Assembly (NCBI GenBank): GCA_027002265.1
Contig: JAMOTM010000056.1
Coordinates: forward strand, 30,977-94,976
DNA length: 64,000 nt
Reading direction: 5' to 3'
Source of the DNA: Aquificota bacterium
GTDB lineage: Bacteria; Aquificota; Aquificia; Desulfurobacteriales; DQVG01
This document shows, piece after piece, positions 1 through 11,917 of this stretch. Both the position numbers and the translations under genes were made by a program. The notes beneath the pieces were generated by a model. That model made no database searches. It was not told where the DNA came from and was given only the letters and a program-made list of their open reading frames with translations. The stretch's first letter is position 1, and the number at the start of each line of letters is the position of its first letter.

Positions 1-1134
1 TTTGAAGAAGAAAAAGATATAAAGGTTCTATTTGCAAAAAATGGAAAAGAAGCTTTAAATATTTTAGAAAAAGAAGATATAGATTTAATCTTACTTGATC
101 TTGCTATGCCAGTTTTAAATGGTTTTGATTTATTAAAAATAATTAGAAAAGAAAAAAAACTTGAGACTTTACCCATTATTGTTATTACAGCAAACTCTGA
201 TGAAAAGTTAAAATGTCTAAAACTTGGAGCAAATGATTTTTTAAGTAAACCTATAGAACCAACTGAACTTAAACTTAGAGTAAGAAATTATTTAAAATTG
301 AGAGAGTATGAAAAACGTTTAAAAAATATCAATAAATATTTAGAAGAAGAAGTTCAAAAAAGAACATATGCTTTAAAAGAGGCCTTAAAAAGATTAGAAG
401 AAGCTCTCAAATTTGCTAAGGAAACTGAACTTGCAATATCACGAATTTTAGGTAAAGCTGCAGAATTTAGGGATATAGAAACTGGAAATCACATTATCAG
501 AATGAGTAAATATTGTGAAATTATTGCAAGAAATTATGGTTTAAGTAAAAAAGAGCAAGAACTTATTTTATATGCGTCTCCACTTCATGACGTTGGAAAA
601 ATAGGAATTCCAGATGAAATTCTTTTAAAACCTGGAAGACTAACGGAAGAGGAATTTGAAATTATAAAAAAACATACTATTATTGGAGCAAAAATCTTAG
701 AAGGTTTTGAGAGATATCCAATAGTAAAATATGGGAAAATAATAGCTTTAGAACATCATGAAAGATGGGATGGTAAAGGTTACCCTTATGGTAAAAGGGG
801 GGAGGAAATTCATATATTTTCTAGGATAGCTGCTATCGCGGACGTTTTTGATGCTTTAACTTCTCCTAGAATTTATAAACCGCCTTTTCCTTTAGAAAAA
901 GCTATAAACATAATAAAAGAAGAAAAAGGAAAAGCATTTGATCCAACTTTAGTAGATGTATTTTTAGATAGTTTAGATGAAATAAAAGAGGTAAAAAAGA
1001 AATACGAAGATAAAAATTTAGATTTTAAAGATAATATTATATATCAATATCTTTTTTCAAAAGGTAAATTTAAAAATGTTTTGTTAGAAAACTTAAATTT
1101 AAAAAATAAAGACAAAACAACTCAAGAAAGCTAA
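1..1134 (+). CDS. Response regulator, CheY-like receiver + HD-GYP c-di-GMP phosphodiesterase domain (5' end cut by window edge)
   Basis: Frame 1 is open from nt 1 (FEEEKDIKVLFAKNGKEALNILEKEDIDLILLDLAMP...), so the receiver domain starts upstream of the window. Receiver motifs: DLILLDLAMP, ITANSD, KLGANDFLSKP. The C-terminal HD-GYP motifs are intact: PLHDVGKIGIPDEILLKPGRLT ... HHERWDGKGYPYG ... ADVFDALTS. Confidence 0.85.
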   Translation, partial: FEEEKDIKVLFAKNGKEALNILEKEDIDLILLDLAMPVLNGFDLLKIIRKEKKLETLPIIVITANSDEKLKCLKLGANDFLSKPIEPTELKLRVRNYLKLREYEKRLKNINKYLEEEVQKRTYALKEALKRLEEALKFAKETELAISRILGKAAEFRDIETGNHIIRMSKYCEIIARNYGLSKKEQELILYASPLHDVGKIGIPDEILLKPGRLTEEEFEIIKKHTIIGAKILEGFERYPIVKYGKIIALEHHERWDGKGYPYGKRGEEIHIFSRIAAIADVFDALTSPRIYKPPFPLEKAINIIKEEKGKAFDPTLVDVFLDSLDEIKEVKKKYEDKNLDFKDNIIYQYLFSKGKFKNVLLENLNLKNKDKTTQES

Positions 1135-1147
1135 ATAGGGGGATATT

Positions 1148-2500
1148 ATGCAGGAAACAATGGTTTTAGGCGCTCATATTCCTCTTTGGATGGTAATTCC
1201 TTTTATAGGAATTTTACTTTCTATTGCTATTTTACCTCTTGTAGCTCCTCATTTTTGGCACCATAATTTTGGGAAAGTTTCTTTATTTTGGGCTTTAGCT
1301 TGTTTAATTCCCTTTTTAATTATGTTTAAAGGAGTAGCTTTACATGAAGTTTTACATACTTTAATTGCAGAATATATTCCTTTTATCATTTTACTTGCCT
1401 CTTTATATACTATTGCTGGGGGAATATATATAAGAGGTTCTTTAGTAGGTACTCCTTTTTTAAATACAAGCATTTTATTTATAGGTTCTATACTTGCTTC
1501 TTTAATGGGAACAACTGGAGCTGCAATGCTTCTTGTTAGACCTTTAATACGTGCAAATAAATGGAGAAAATTTAAAACTTTTATTTTAGTTTTCTTTATT
1601 TTTCTTGTCGCAAACATTGGAGGAGCCTTAACTCCACTTGGAGATCCACCTTTATTTTTAGGATTTTTAAAAGGTGTTCCATTTTTATGGACTTTAAAAC
1701 TTTTTCCTATATGGATAACTGCAGTTGCAATTTTACTTGGAATATACTTTATTATGGATTTTTATTTTTATAAAAAAGAGGATTTGAGTAAAAAACCAAG
1801 TTTAAATGAAAAATTTTCCATTGAAGGGAAATTTAATTTTATTCTTCTTTTAGGAGTTTTACTTGGAGTTCTATTTAGCGGAACATTTCACTTGGGAGAA
1901 ATAAACATTTTTGGTATTCATTATCCTTTACAAAATTTAATAAGAGATATTTTTTTAATTATTCTTTTACTTTTATCTTTAATGTTTACTCCTCAAGAAA
2001 TTAGAATAAAAAATGAATTTTCGTGGTTTCCAATTAAAGAAGTAGCAATTTTATTTATCGGTATTTTCATTACTATGATTCCTTGTTTAAAAATTTTGGA
2101 AGCTGGAAGTCATGGTCCTGCAAAACCCTTAATAGAAGCTTTATCTTTACCATATCATTATTTTTGGGCAACAGGAACTTTATCCTCTTTCTTAGATAAT
2201 GCACCAACCTACCTTACTTTTTTAATGACAGCCCTGGGTAAATTTTATCCAGGTATACCAGTTCATGACGCTATATTAAAGCTTATAAAAGAACATCCAA
2301 AATACTTAGAGGCAATTTCTGCTGGAGCTGTATTTTTCGGAGCTGTAACTTACATTGGAAACGCACCAAACTTTATGGTAGCCTCCATTGCAAGGGAACA
2401 AGGAATAAATATGCCTTCCTTCTTTGGTTATATTTTAAAGTACTCTTTAGTATTTTTAATCCCAACTTTTATACTTTTAACCTATTTATTTTTCATTTAA
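1148..2500 (+). CDS. Polytopic ion transporter, ArsB/NhaD/CitMHS-superfamily permease (often annotated sodium:proton antiporter)
   Basis: 450-aa protein made almost entirely of hydrophobic helices, with RBS GGGGGA 6 nt upstream. Family assignment is by overall pattern only (GDPPLFLGFLKG, NAPNFMV). Confidence 0.55.
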   Translation: MQETMVLGAHIPLWMVIPFIGILLSIAILPLVAPHFWHHNFGKVSLFWALACLIPFLIMFKGVALHEVLHTLIAEYIPFIILLASLYTIAGGIYIRGSLVGTPFLNTSILFIGSILASLMGTTGAAMLLVRPLIRANKWRKFKTFILVFFIFLVANIGGALTPLGDPPLFLGFLKGVPFLWTLKLFPIWITAVAILLGIYFIMDFYFYKKEDLSKKPSLNEKFSIEGKFNFILLLGVLLGVLFSGTFHLGEINIFGIHYPLQNLIRDIFLIILLLLSLMFTPQEIRIKNEFSWFPIKEVAILFIGIFITMIPCLKILEAGSHGPAKPLIEALSLPYHYFWATGTLSSFLDNAPTYLTFLMTALGKFYPGIPVHDAILKLIKEHPKYLEAISAGAVFFGAVTYIGNAPNFMVASIAREQGINMPSFFGYILKYSLVFLIPTFILLTYLFFI

Positions 2501-2505
2501 TAAAA

Positions 2506-2530
2506 CTGGGGCTTTTTGCCCCAGATTTTC
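2506..2530 (+). terminator. Rho-independent terminator candidate
   Basis: CTGGGGC-TTTTT-GCCCCAG hairpin (2506-2524) followed by ATTTTC, directly after the stop at 2500. Confidence 0.55.
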
Positions 2531-2553
2531 TAATCTAAATGAGAGTTTAAATA

Positions 2554-3627
2554 ATGTTTTTGTATTTAACTATATTTATTTTTTTGATCTTAGAAATTAT
2601 TTTCAAAATAGATTTTAAAATACTTTTAAAGCTTCCTTATAAAGCTCTTATTTCCCTAAGTGTTTTTATGATTATTTCAAATGGTATATATTATTCTAAT
2701 TATCCAAAGAAAATTTTATATTTCCTTTTTAAAAATATAGAAAAATTTTCTATTTTTAAATTTCTTATAATTTACTCAGGTTTTATCTTTTTATTAGCCT
2801 TCTTTTTAACCAATGATATTGCCTTGTTTGTAGCTCTTCCTTTTGTAAAATATTTAAACTTTCAAAAGGATATTTTAAAAAATCTTGGATTTTCCTTTAT
2901 TTGGAGTGCAAATATAGGAGCTTGTGCTTCTCCTATAGGTTCTCCTCAAAATATTTTTATATGGAGTTATTTAAATGTGGGTTTTTTTAAATTTTGTTTG
3001 TATCTATTTCCTTTATTTTTAAGTATGCTTCTTTCATTTTTAATTTTTTTGTTTTCCTTTCAAAAAAATTTCTCAAAATATCATAAAATAGATGTTTCAA
3101 GATATAAAAATATATATCTTAACTTAAAGTTATTTAAGTTGTCCAGTTTTTTACTTTTTTTAAATATAGTTTCATTTGAGACAAATTTTTTTTATCTAAC
3201 ATCATTATTTACTTTTATAATATATTTAACTTTATATCCTAATTTAATAAAAAAATTTGATTATAAGTTTATTTTACTATTTATTTTCTTAAGTTTAGAT
3301 ATAAACATAATTCAAAAGATTCCAGGCATAAAAAATCTAATTTTGAAATTTAAAAATCCTTATTTTGAAAGTGCTTTTTTATCCCAAATTATTAGTAATT
3401 TTCCATCTTGTATTCTTATAACAAATATTACTCATAAACCTTTAGAAAGTTTATATGGTGCAAATGTAGCTTGTAACGGAATGTTGCATGCCTCCATTGC
3501 AAATTTAATAGGTATAAATATTTTAAGACTTAATAAAAAAGAATTTATGAAAAAATCTATGATTGCTTTTTTTTTAAGTTTACTTTTCGGATATTTAGCT
3601 TTAAAAGTTTTAAAAATTTTCTATTAA
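2554..3627 (+). CDS. Polytopic membrane permease, ArsB/NhaD-like
   Basis: 357-aa hydrophobic protein. The SPIGSPQNIFIW motif is typical of ArsB/NhaD/YbiR-type anion permeases. Second permease in tandem. Confidence 0.5.
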   Translation: MFLYLTIFIFLILEIIFKIDFKILLKLPYKALISLSVFMIISNGIYYSNYPKKILYFLFKNIEKFSIFKFLIIYSGFIFLLAFFLTNDIALFVALPFVKYLNFQKDILKNLGFSFIWSANIGACASPIGSPQNIFIWSYLNVGFFKFCLYLFPLFLSMLLSFLIFLFSFQKNFSKYHKIDVSRYKNIYLNLKLFKLSSFLLFLNIVSFETNFFYLTSLFTFIIYLTLYPNLIKKFDYKFILLFIFLSLDINIIQKIPGIKNLILKFKNPYFESAFLSQIISNFPSCILITNITHKPLESLYGANVACNGMLHASIANLIGINILRLNKKEFMKKSMIAFFLSLLFGYLALKVLKIFY

Positions 3628-6113
3628 GACAATTTATTTTCTAAAAATTCAAAATAAGTTTCTACTTTTTTTTCTATTTCTTTAATTTTTTTCTTTTCTT
3701 CTTCTAAAAGATAAAAGTCATCTTTATGAAGTTTTGTTTCTAATTCTAATTCCTTTAGAAAAATATAATCTTTTAAAAAATCAAATTTAGTTTCTTCTTT
3801 TAAAAGTTTTAAAACTTTATATAAATTAGGTTCCTTAAATTTATGGAAAAGTTGATAAGTAAAAGAAACAAACTCTAAAGCTATTAATCCACCTTTAGAA
3901 TATTTTACAGGATTTTCTGTATGGTATGTTTCTATTAATTTATTTAAAAGATTTAAGATTTCCTTTAGATCCTGTTTTTCCAAATCCTTTTTAAAAATAA
4001 AAGATTTTAAAAGTAATTCAAATTCGGGAAATTTTTTATATAAATCTTTTGCTTTCGTATATGCAAGTCTTTCCCATAATCTTGCTATTTTTTCAAAATA
4101 TTTTTTATAGTAACTTATAGGTATAACAATTTCGCTTTGATTTCCATAAGGTCGAAGCCTTAGATCTATATCAAATTCAAGTTCCATAAGTTTATTTACA
4201 AGCTTAGAAGCTAGCTTTAAACTTTTATTCTTTTCCTCTAGAGAAGATGCTACAAATATTAAATCTAAATCTCCAAGAAATAAAAGTTCATAACCTCCTA
4301 GCTTTCCAAGGGCATATATACTTGATGGAAATTCCATCTCTTTAGAAATAGCGTAAACAAAAGTATGAGCTAAAAGAGAGTAGTTATAGGCAAGACTTTT
4401 TATATCTAAGTTTTTAGTTTTATATCCTAGGTATAATGAAAGTTCATAAAATTGTTTTAATTTCTTTCTATTTTCATCTTTTGTATTTAAAATATTTTCA
4501 ACAAGATTTAGAAATTCAAGTTTTGGTTTTAAAAATTTTTGAGTGAAAATTTCTTCTAAAAGCTCGGTATATTTTAAAAATATATCTGTAAAGTAAGAAG
4601 TTTCCAAAATATATGTTAGTATTTTTAAAGCTAAAGGTTCATCTTTTATTTGATAAAAATAATTCAGATACAAAGGATTTTGAATAAACTTGAGAAAATT
4701 TTCAAATTTTTTATCTTTATACTTACCTTCTAAAAGATAAGGTAAAAGTTTTTCAAAAAGTGCATCTACTTTTTCAAAATTAGGTTTTAAAAATTCTTTT
4801 GCAGAAATTATATTTTTGTAACTTTCATAAAGTTTTTCATAATTTTTAAATCCAAGAAGCTTAAGTTTCCTTCGTGTTAAAGAAGAGAAATAAACTTTTT
4901 CTTGTTCTTCAAAGTATCTTTTGAATATTTCGGTTACTTTTTTTCTATAATTTAATATTTTTTCTTTAAATGTTTCATAATCTAAATTTAAAATTTGAGC
5001 TAAGGTTTTTGCTTCTTCTCCCTCAAGATGAAAAGAGTATCTTGGTTTAAAATCTCTAAGTTGCAAAAGATGTTCTATATCTCTAAAAAAAATATAAGCT
5101 TGTTTTAAAATTTTATATTCTTCCTTTAAAAGAATACCTCTATTTGTTAGAATTTCCAAAAGAGATAATGTATCTTTTCTAAAAATTTTATCTTTACCCA
5201 AACTCTTTGAAAAAATTAAACTTAAACCTTGTGCTAAAAACTCTATAAATCTTATTCCACCTTGACCTTCTTTAATATTTATAAGATCAAGTTTTTCTTT
5301 ATGCTCTACTAATAAATTTTTAAGTTTTATAATTTCTTCTTTTATATTTTCTAAAGAAGAAAACACAAAACTTTTAATTAAATCCTCAAGTTCTTTTATT
5401 TTTTCTTTTGGACCTAAAATAACTTTACTTCTAAAGTAGGCCAGCTTTTCCCAAGGTCTAGCAAATTTAAATAGATAATTTTCAAAGTCTTCCAAAGATA
5501 TTAAAAGAGGTCCTCGACTTCCAAAAGGACGAAGACGAGTATCTACTATGAAATACTTCTCAAGTTCTTTTATAAATTCCTTAATTATATTATCAAAAAA
5601 TATTTTATCTTTTTTTTCAATTTTTCCATTATAAATAAATATCAAATCAATATCGGAGCGATAATTAATTTCTAAGCTTGCAAGTTTTCCCATTCCTAAT
5701 ATAAATATATTGTTTAATATATTTTTTATATGTTCATTGTCTTCATATTTTTTCTTATAGTTTTCAAAAAGGTAAATTATTAATGCCTCTATTAAAAAAG
5801 AATGCTCTTTCCAAGCTTCATTTTTAGGAACAATTTCAAAAAAATCTTTTATAAAAATACGAATTAGATGAGATAAATAAATATCTTTAACATTTTTTAC
5901 ATTAGTTTCCTTTAAAATCTCAAAAAAATAATACTTGTCATAGGTATTATTTAAATTTTTAAGAATATAAAAAACATAATCCTTTTTTTCTTTTAAAAAG
6001 GAAAAAAGTGGGGGGGAGGCCAAAGCAAGGGTATATAAATATTTTTTTCCTTCTTCGTGATTAATGATACTATCTATAAAATCACTAGCTTTATTTGTTT
6101 GATTCTTCCACAT
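3624..6113 (-). CDS. glnE: Glutamine synthetase adenylyltransferase/adenylyl-removing enzyme (GlnE-like, two nucleotidyltransferase modules)
   Basis: Two repeated NTase modules: [22 protein letters not shown]...[13 protein letters not shown] and [19 protein letters not shown]...[12 protein letters not shown], each followed by a WERLAY/WEKLAY helical domain. Confidence 0.8.
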   Translation of the reverse strand: MWKNQTNKASDFIDSIINHEEGKKYLYTLALASPPLFSFLKEKKDYVFYILKNLNNTYDKYYFFEILKETNVKNVKDIYLSHLIRIFIKDFFEIVPKNEAWKEHSFLIEALIIYLFENYKKKYEDNEHIKNILNNIFILGMGKLASLEINYRSDIDLIFIYNGKIEKKDKIFFDNIIKEFIKELEKYFIVDTRLRPFGSRGPLLISLEDFENYLFKFARPWEKLAYFRSKVILGPKEKIKELEDLIKSFVFSSLENIKEEIIKLKNLLVEHKEKLDLINIKEGQGGIRFIEFLAQGLSLIFSKSLGKDKIFRKDTLSLLEILTNRGILLKEEYKILKQAYIFFRDIEHLLQLRDFKPRYSFHLEGEEAKTLAQILNLDYETFKEKILNYRKKVTEIFKRYFEEQEKVYFSSLTRRKLKLLGFKNYEKLYESYKNIISAKEFLKPNFEKVDALFEKLLPYLLEGKYKDKKFENFLKFIQNPLYLNYFYQIKDEPLALKILTYILETSYFTDIFLKYTELLEEIFTQKFLKPKLEFLNLVENILNTKDENRKKLKQFYELSLYLGYKTKNLDIKSLAYNYSLLAHTFVYAISKEMEFPSSIYALGKLGGYELLFLGDLDLIFVASSLEEKNKSLKLASKLVNKLMELEFDIDLRLRPYGNQSEIVIPISYYKKYFEKIARLWERLAYTKAKDLYKKFPEFELLLKSFIFKKDLEKQDLKEILNLLNKLIETYHTENPVKYSKGGLIALEFVSFTYQLFHKFKEPNLYKVLKLLKEETKFDFLKDYIFLKELELETKLHKDDFYLLEEEKKKIKEIEKKVETYFEFLENKLS

Positions 6114-6891
6114 AATTAACTAATTTCCCTATATTTTCTATTTCTATTCTAACAATATCTCCTTTTTTTAATGGCCCCACCCCTTTTGGAGTTCCAGTTG
6201 CAATAACATCCCCAGGTAAAAGAGTCATAATTTTTGATATAAAAGAAACTAATTTATAAACATCAAAAATCATATCGGATGTATGTCCTTCTTGCTTAAG
6301 CTCGTCATTAACATAAGTTTTTATAGATAAGTTCATTGGATCTACATGAGTTTGAATCCAAGGACCATAAGGAGCAAAAGTATCAAAACCTTTTGCTCTT
6401 GTATACTGAATATCTTTTTGTTGTAAATCTCTTGCAGTAACGTCATTAAAGCAAGTATAACCTAAAATGTATTTTTTAGCTTCCTCTTCACTTACATCTT
6501 TACATTTTCTTCCAATTACAATAGCAAGTTCTCCTTCATAATCAACTCTCTTACTCATAGAAGGAAGGTAAATTCTCATTTTGTGAGAAATCACAGCTGT
6601 AGATGGTTTTAAAAAAATTAAAGGTTCTTCTGGAATAGGTTTTCCCATTTCCTCAGCGTGAGATTTGTAGTTTAAACCTACCCCTATTATTTTTGTAGGC
6701 CTCGTTGGGGATAGAAATTTTACTTCTTTTAAAGAGTATTTTTGAGTTAAACTTTCAAGAAGCATGTGAAAATTTTTTCGTTTTATTTTCATAAGGTCTT
6801 CTACTTTCCTTGCTGGTAATGGATAAACTTCATTTTTATGGACAAGCCCAAAAAAAAGATGATTTCCTTTTAAAAATCTACCAATTTTCAT
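6091..6891 (-). CDS. Fumarylacetoacetate hydrolase (FAH) family protein
   Basis: Motifs: [45 protein letters not shown]. The stop overlaps the glnE start by 23 nt. Confidence 0.85.
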   Translation of the reverse strand: MKIGRFLKGNHLFFGLVHKNEVYPLPARKVEDLMKIKRKNFHMLLESLTQKYSLKEVKFLSPTRPTKIIGVGLNYKSHAEEMGKPIPEEPLIFLKPSTAVISHKMRIYLPSMSKRVDYEGELAIVIGRKCKDVSEEEAKKYILGYTCFNDVTARDLQQKDIQYTRAKGFDTFAPYGPWIQTHVDPMNLSIKTYVNDELKQEGHTSDMIFDVYKLVSFISKIMTLLPGDVIATGTPKGVGPLKKGDIVRIEIENIGKLVNYVEESNK

Positions 6892-6977
6892 AATATAAAG
6901 CCTCCCCTAAAATTATATTGTTAACTTATTTTAAAATTTCGTTTTTTTTCTATATTATTTTAAACTAATGTAGCTAC

Positions 6978-8663
6978 CTATTTTTCTAAAAATATTTTTA
7001 AGTTTAATTTTTCGCATCTTTCTCTCAATTTTTTGAGAGCTTTACTTTCTATTTGTCTCACTCTTTCCCTTGTAATTTTAAAAATTTTTCCAACTTGCTC
7101 TAAAGTATGCTCCGGATAACCATCTAATCCGAACCTTAGCTTTAAAACCTCAAGTTCTCTAGGAGTTAAAGCATCCATAATTTTTTCTAAATGTTCTCTT
7201 AAGTTTTGTCTTAAAATCTCTTCCGCCGGAGAAGGAGTAGAAGTATCCTCTATAAAGTTACCAATTGTAGAGTCTTCATCATCCCCTATTGGAGTTTCCA
7301 AAGAAATTGGTTCTTGAGCTATTTTTAAAATTTGTCTTACCTTATGAACTGGTAGATCTATTCTTTCTGCAATTTCTTCTGGAGTTGGATCCCTACCAAT
7401 TTCTTGATAAAGTTGACGGGAAATTTTATTTACTTTATTTATCGTTTCTATCATATGAACGGGAATTCTAATAGTTCTTGCTTGATCTGCAATAGCTCTA
7501 GTTATAGCCTGTCTAATCCACCAAGTTGCATAGGTAGAAAATTTGTATCCTCGTCTATATTCATATTTATCTACAGCTTTCATTAAACCTATATTTCCTT
7601 CTTGAATTAGGTCTAGAAAATGAAGACCTCTATTTATATATTTTTTTGCAATAGATACCACAAGTCTTAAATTAGACTTAATAAGTTTATCCTTTGCTGC
7701 TTCTACATCTTTTGACTTTTCATAAAGTTTTTCTTCTATTTCTAAGAACTTATCTATATCCATTTCAATTTCTTCTTGAAGAGCTTTTAATCTTTTTTTA
7801 TTTTCAACATACTTTTTTAAAAGCCTTTTTACTTCTCGTGTAGTAAAAGAAGAGCGCGCAAGTTTTTCTTGAATTTCCGGAGAATCAAAATTACAAATAA
7901 GATCTGTAATAGGAGCTATACTTTCTAGTTTTTTTTCTATTTTTGCTATTTCTTTTCTTTTTCTTCTTATTTCACTTGCGATATTATGAATTTTTTCTGT
8001 TAGGTGATCATAAATTGTAAATTTAAGTTGAATAGAACGAATATAGTTATTTACTTTTGCAAGTTCCTTTATAGCTTCTTTTTTATATTTTTCTTCTTCA
8101 GTTTCTTCATATTTTTTCATAAGTTCTCTATATTTAAAAAGGTGCTTTTCTACATTTTCCATAATTTCAAAAAATTTCTTTCTTCTTTCTGTTTCCCCAC
8201 CATTTACAAATTCATCTGGGGAACGTAAAATATCTCTAACTTTAAAATCTTCTTTTTCAATTCTTTCTTGAATGTCTTTTAAAAATTTATATAAAAATGG
8301 TGTTTTTAAAAGATATCTTAAAAGAAATGCTCTTCCATGCTCTACTCTTTTTGCAAGAGATATTTCCTCATGTCTTTTTAAAAGGGGAATACCTCCCATT
8401 TCTCTTAAATAAAGCTTTATAGGATCATCGGACTTGGGCATAGTATCTGGAGTTACCGTCATAGAAAGATCAGCAAAACTCAAATTAGATTCATCTCCAT
8501 AAACTACAGTTATATCGTTACTTTCTAAATATTCTATTAGCTCTTCTAAAAGTTCAGGTTCAGGTTCTATTCCATGTTCACTTAAATATTCAAATATTTC
8601 TTCATAGGTAATAAAACCTTTATCCTTTACTAAATTAATTAAATCATCGTAGTTAATAGCCAA
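6978..8663 (-). CDS. rpoD: RNA polymerase primary sigma factor (sigma-70)
   Basis: Region 2: [52 protein letters not shown]. Region 4.2: [28 protein letters not shown]. Confidence 0.97.
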   Translation of the reverse strand: MAINYDDLINLVKDKGFITYEEIFEYLSEHGIEPEPELLEELIEYLESNDITVVYGDESNLSFADLSMTVTPDTMPKSDDPIKLYLREMGGIPLLKRHEEISLAKRVEHGRAFLLRYLLKTPFLYKFLKDIQERIEKEDFKVRDILRSPDEFVNGGETERRKKFFEIMENVEKHLFKYRELMKKYEETEEEKYKKEAIKELAKVNNYIRSIQLKFTIYDHLTEKIHNIASEIRRKRKEIAKIEKKLESIAPITDLICNFDSPEIQEKLARSSFTTREVKRLLKKYVENKKRLKALQEEIEMDIDKFLEIEEKLYEKSKDVEAAKDKLIKSNLRLVVSIAKKYINRGLHFLDLIQEGNIGLMKAVDKYEYRRGYKFSTYATWWIRQAITRAIADQARTIRIPVHMIETINKVNKISRQLYQEIGRDPTPEEIAERIDLPVHKVRQILKIAQEPISLETPIGDDEDSTIGNFIEDTSTPSPAEEILRQNLREHLEKIMDALTPRELEVLKLRFGLDGYPEHTLEQVGKIFKITRERVRQIESKALKKLRERCEKLNLKIFLEK

Positions 8664-10398
8664 GTTCTACCACCTCCTTTAATTTTTTTGTAATATTAAC
8701 AAGATCTTTAAAATCGTGACTATCTTCAAGAAATTCTTTTAAATTTTTTACTTTATTTATTTTTTCTTTTTGTTTTTTCAAAATAAAATTTCTATATAGA
8801 TAATTAAGATTTCTTTTTAAAATTTCTTTGTAACTTACAAAATAAATATGATCCCAAAGATGTTTTATTTCTTCTTCATCTTTTTCATAATCTTCTTTAA
8901 AATCTAAAGTTGCAATATCAGCAATTAAATTATTTATTTTTTCATCTTCCTTAAACTTTAAACTTAAATCCTTATAATTTTTTACATTTCCATAGACAAT
9001 TTCATTAAAAAGCTTTTGAATTTCTAAACTTAAAAATAAATTAGAATTTATACTTTTTAAAATTTCCGTATTATATCCTTCTTCTAAATATCTTTCCAAA
9101 ATAGTTTTTATAAAAAGCTTTTCTATACTTGGAATTGGGAGCTCAAAATTATTTTCTTTTTTTACATTTACTTTAAAAGTTTTTTCATATTTTTCTAAAA
9201 GAACTTCAGGTATTTTTAATTTTTCGCAAATTACGCTTTTTAAATTTATATATCTATAAAAGAAAAAAGCTTTTAATTTTCCCAAAATCTCTCCCAAGAT
9301 ATCTAAAAGTTCGAAAAATTTATCTTCATCTTTTTGGAATTGTAAAAGTTTTTTCACAATATATTCTTCAAAAGAAAGCTTATTTTTATAAATGTTTAAA
9401 AACTCTTTCTCATTTTTTCTAATTAAGCTATCTGGATCTTCTTCAAAAGGTAAATCTAGAACGTATATTTTAGTAATTAATTTTTCTATTAAAAGAGAAA
9501 TAGCTCTGAAACTTGCCTTTATTCCTGCAAAGTCTCCATCAAAGCCTAAATTTATTTTTTTTGAAAAAATTAAGGCCTTATCTATTTGCTCTCTTGTTAA
9601 AGATGTTCCCATAGGTGCAACTGCATTTTTTAAACCTATCCTATGACAGGAAATAACATCAAAATATCCTTCTACAAATAAAATACCTTCATCTTTTAAA
9701 AACTTTAAATTTTCTTTGGCTTGATAAAGACCATAAAGAAGTTTTCTTTTCTTAAAAAATTCATTTTCCTTTGTATTTATATATTTTGGAGAAGAATTAT
9801 CTAAACTTCTTGCCCCAAAACCTACAAGTTTTCCACTTTCATTGAAAATAGGAATAATAAGTCTATTTTTAAAAAATTCTTGCTCTCTTTCATTTAAAAG
9901 ACCAAGCTTTATTAAAGTATCTTTATTTATACCAAGTTGTATAAGTTCATTTTTATAATTTTTCGGAGCATAACCTAGGAAAAATTTTTCAATAGTACTG
10001 CTATCTATTTTTCTTTCTTTTAAATAATTTAAAACCTCTTTATTTTTATAGAGAGCATTTTTAAAATAATTTAATATTTTTTCATAAGGTAAATCTTCTT
10101 CTTTTTTAAATTCTATTTCCTCGGGATAAGGTAAAGAACATATCTCACATATTCTTTTTACAGCTTCCCAAAAAGATATGTTTTCTATTTTTTGAACAAA
10201 GGTTATGGCATTTCCACCTACTCCACATCCAAAACATTTAAATATTTGTTTGTCTGGAGAAACAAAAAAGGAAGGAGTATCCTCTATGTGAAAAGGACAT
10301 AAAGCACTATAATTTCTTCCAACAGGTTTTAAATCTGGGATATAGTAACTAACTACATCAACTATATCTACCTGAGATAGAAATTCTTCTATATTCAT
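8653..10398 (-). CDS. dnaG: DNA primase
   Basis: Zinc finger [32 protein letters not shown]-polymerase core and TOPRIM ([11 protein letters not shown] ... GFDGDFAG). Overlaps the rpoD start by 11 nt (conserved dnaG-rpoD pair). Confidence 0.95.
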   Translation of the reverse strand: MNIEEFLSQVDIVDVVSYYIPDLKPVGRNYSALCPFHIEDTPSFFVSPDKQIFKCFGCGVGGNAITFVQKIENISFWEAVKRICEICSLPYPEEIEFKKEEDLPYEKILNYFKNALYKNKEVLNYLKERKIDSSTIEKFFLGYAPKNYKNELIQLGINKDTLIKLGLLNEREQEFFKNRLIIPIFNESGKLVGFGARSLDNSSPKYINTKENEFFKKRKLLYGLYQAKENLKFLKDEGILFVEGYFDVISCHRIGLKNAVAPMGTSLTREQIDKALIFSKKINLGFDGDFAGIKASFRAISLLIEKLITKIYVLDLPFEEDPDSLIRKNEKEFLNIYKNKLSFEEYIVKKLLQFQKDEDKFFELLDILGEILGKLKAFFFYRYINLKSVICEKLKIPEVLLEKYEKTFKVNVKKENNFELPIPSIEKLFIKTILERYLEEGYNTEILKSINSNLFLSLEIQKLFNEIVYGNVKNYKDLSLKFKEDEKINNLIADIATLDFKEDYEKDEEEIKHLWDHIYFVSYKEILKRNLNYLYRNFILKKQKEKINKVKNLKEFLEDSHDFKDLVNITKKLKEVVELGY

Positions 10399-10593
10399 TT
10401 TATAATAGAATACCTTTTAAGAGCTTGGATTGATATTTTCCCAAGGGATAATATAAATATATTTTTCTATTTTTCAATGGGAGAAATAAAAATTAGAGTA
10501 ATAATTTAAAAACAAGTTTTCAAGAATTCTTCCACCTTTGCTTTCTTTTAAATATACCGAGCTCTTAGAAAAAATTTAGTTTTTTCTATAAGC

Positions 10594-10860
10594 TTAAAAC
10601 TCTACCATCTCAGCGTATAACGATAAAGTATCATCCAAAAATAAACTTCTATTTAGAAATATTTTAAATTCCTCTTCAAGTTCCGGCATAAGCTCTAAAG
10701 ATATATAAGGAGAAACAAAAAAGTCTCCAATTAAAAAAGAAAAGATGATTATGGAAAATAGAAATTCTAAATCATATAGCTCTTTCTCCAAATGAGAATA
10801 TGCTATTTGTGAAAAACCTTCAAAAAAGCTTTTTATATTTTCCCAAAATTTATTAAGCAT
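10594..10860 (-). CDS. Hypothetical small protein
   Basis: 88-aa ORF whose start overlaps the upstream GT9 gene stop by 8 nt. No recognisable motif. Confidence 0.35.
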   Translation of the reverse strand: MLNKFWENIKSFFEGFSQIAYSHLEKELYDLEFLFSIIIFSFLIGDFFVSPYISLELMPELEEEFKIFLNRSLFLDDTLSLYAEMVEF

Positions 10861-11917
10861 TTAAAAACCTCTCAATTTTATTTAAAACATCTTTTACCTT
10901 TATATTTTTCATACATAAAAGAAGTTTACAATTTCTGTTTCTACAAGGAGAACAACTTACCTTTTTATATATAGCCTCTCCATTTATGTAGGGTCTTACA
11001 ACCTCTGGAGATGTAGGTCCTAAAATTTCAAAACTATAAACTCCAGCACTCCAAGCTATATGTGTAGCTCCAGCATCATTTCCAATAAAAAATTTTATAT
11101 TAAAATCTTTTGAAAATTTACAAAGATAAATATATTCTTTTAGAGAAATCTGATTATATAAATTTAGAAATTTAAGATTTTCCTTTGTTGCAAGTTTAAT
11201 AAAGTTTATATATTCATCTTCTTCAGGAGAACCTGAAGGTGCTCCTCCTACAAGGACTGGAATAAAGCCGTATTTTTCTTGAAGCTTCCTAGAAAGATAA
11301 AAGTAGTTTTTATATCCCCATCTTCGTGATATCCACCCTCCTCCAAGAAATAAAAGAAAATAAGTTTTATCTTTTTCAAAAAAAAATTTTAGTTTAGAAA
11401 ATATTTTCTCTATTTCATTTTGAGTAAAAGCATATGAAAAATCTACTTCTTTTTTAAAAGGTATTTTTAGGTAATCCTTAAATATTTTCTCTAAAGAGAA
11501 AAGATGTCTATCTACCCTATGAACATTTTCAAATTCTTTGTATTTATAGGGAAATTTAGAAAATAAAAAAGCTGGCTCTTTTGGAGAGGGAGAAGTTCCA
11601 AATTTATATTTTGCCTTTATAAAAAGCATAACAAGGGAACTTTTTAAATATCCTTGCATATCAAATGCTATATTAAAGTTAAAGTTTCTAAAAAATTTGT
11701 AGGCTTTAAATAGATTTAATGGATTTTTTAAAAGCTTAAAATCGTATGAAATTACTAGATCTATATTAGGATTTAAATCTACTAAGTCCTTATATCTTTT
11801 ATCTACAAAAAAAGTTATATGTGCACTCTTTAAAGATTTTTTTATGCTTTTTATAGCCGGAAAAGAAAAAACAATATCCCCAATTCTTGAAGGTAAAATA
11901 CAAGCAACTTTAGTCAT
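10853..11917 (-). CDS. Glycosyltransferase family 9 (LPS heptosyltransferase-like)
   Basis: N-terminal ILPSRIGDIVFSFPAIKSIK and C-terminal FIGNDAGATHIAWSAG match GT9 hallmarks. Cys cluster near the C-terminus (CSPCRNRNCKLLLC). Confidence 0.8.
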   Translation of the reverse strand: MTKVACILPSRIGDIVFSFPAIKSIKKSLKSAHITFFVDKRYKDLVDLNPNIDLVISYDFKLLKNPLNLFKAYKFFRNFNFNIAFDMQGYLKSSLVMLFIKAKYKFGTSPSPKEPAFLFSKFPYKYKEFENVHRVDRHLFSLEKIFKDYLKIPFKKEVDFSYAFTQNEIEKIFSKLKFFFEKDKTYFLLFLGGGWISRRWGYKNYFYLSRKLQEKYGFIPVLVGGAPSGSPEEDEYINFIKLATKENLKFLNLYNQISLKEYIYLCKFSKDFNIKFFIGNDAGATHIAWSAGVYSFEILGPTSPEVVRPYINGEAIYKKVSCSPCRNRNCKLLLCMKNIKVKDVLNKIERFLNA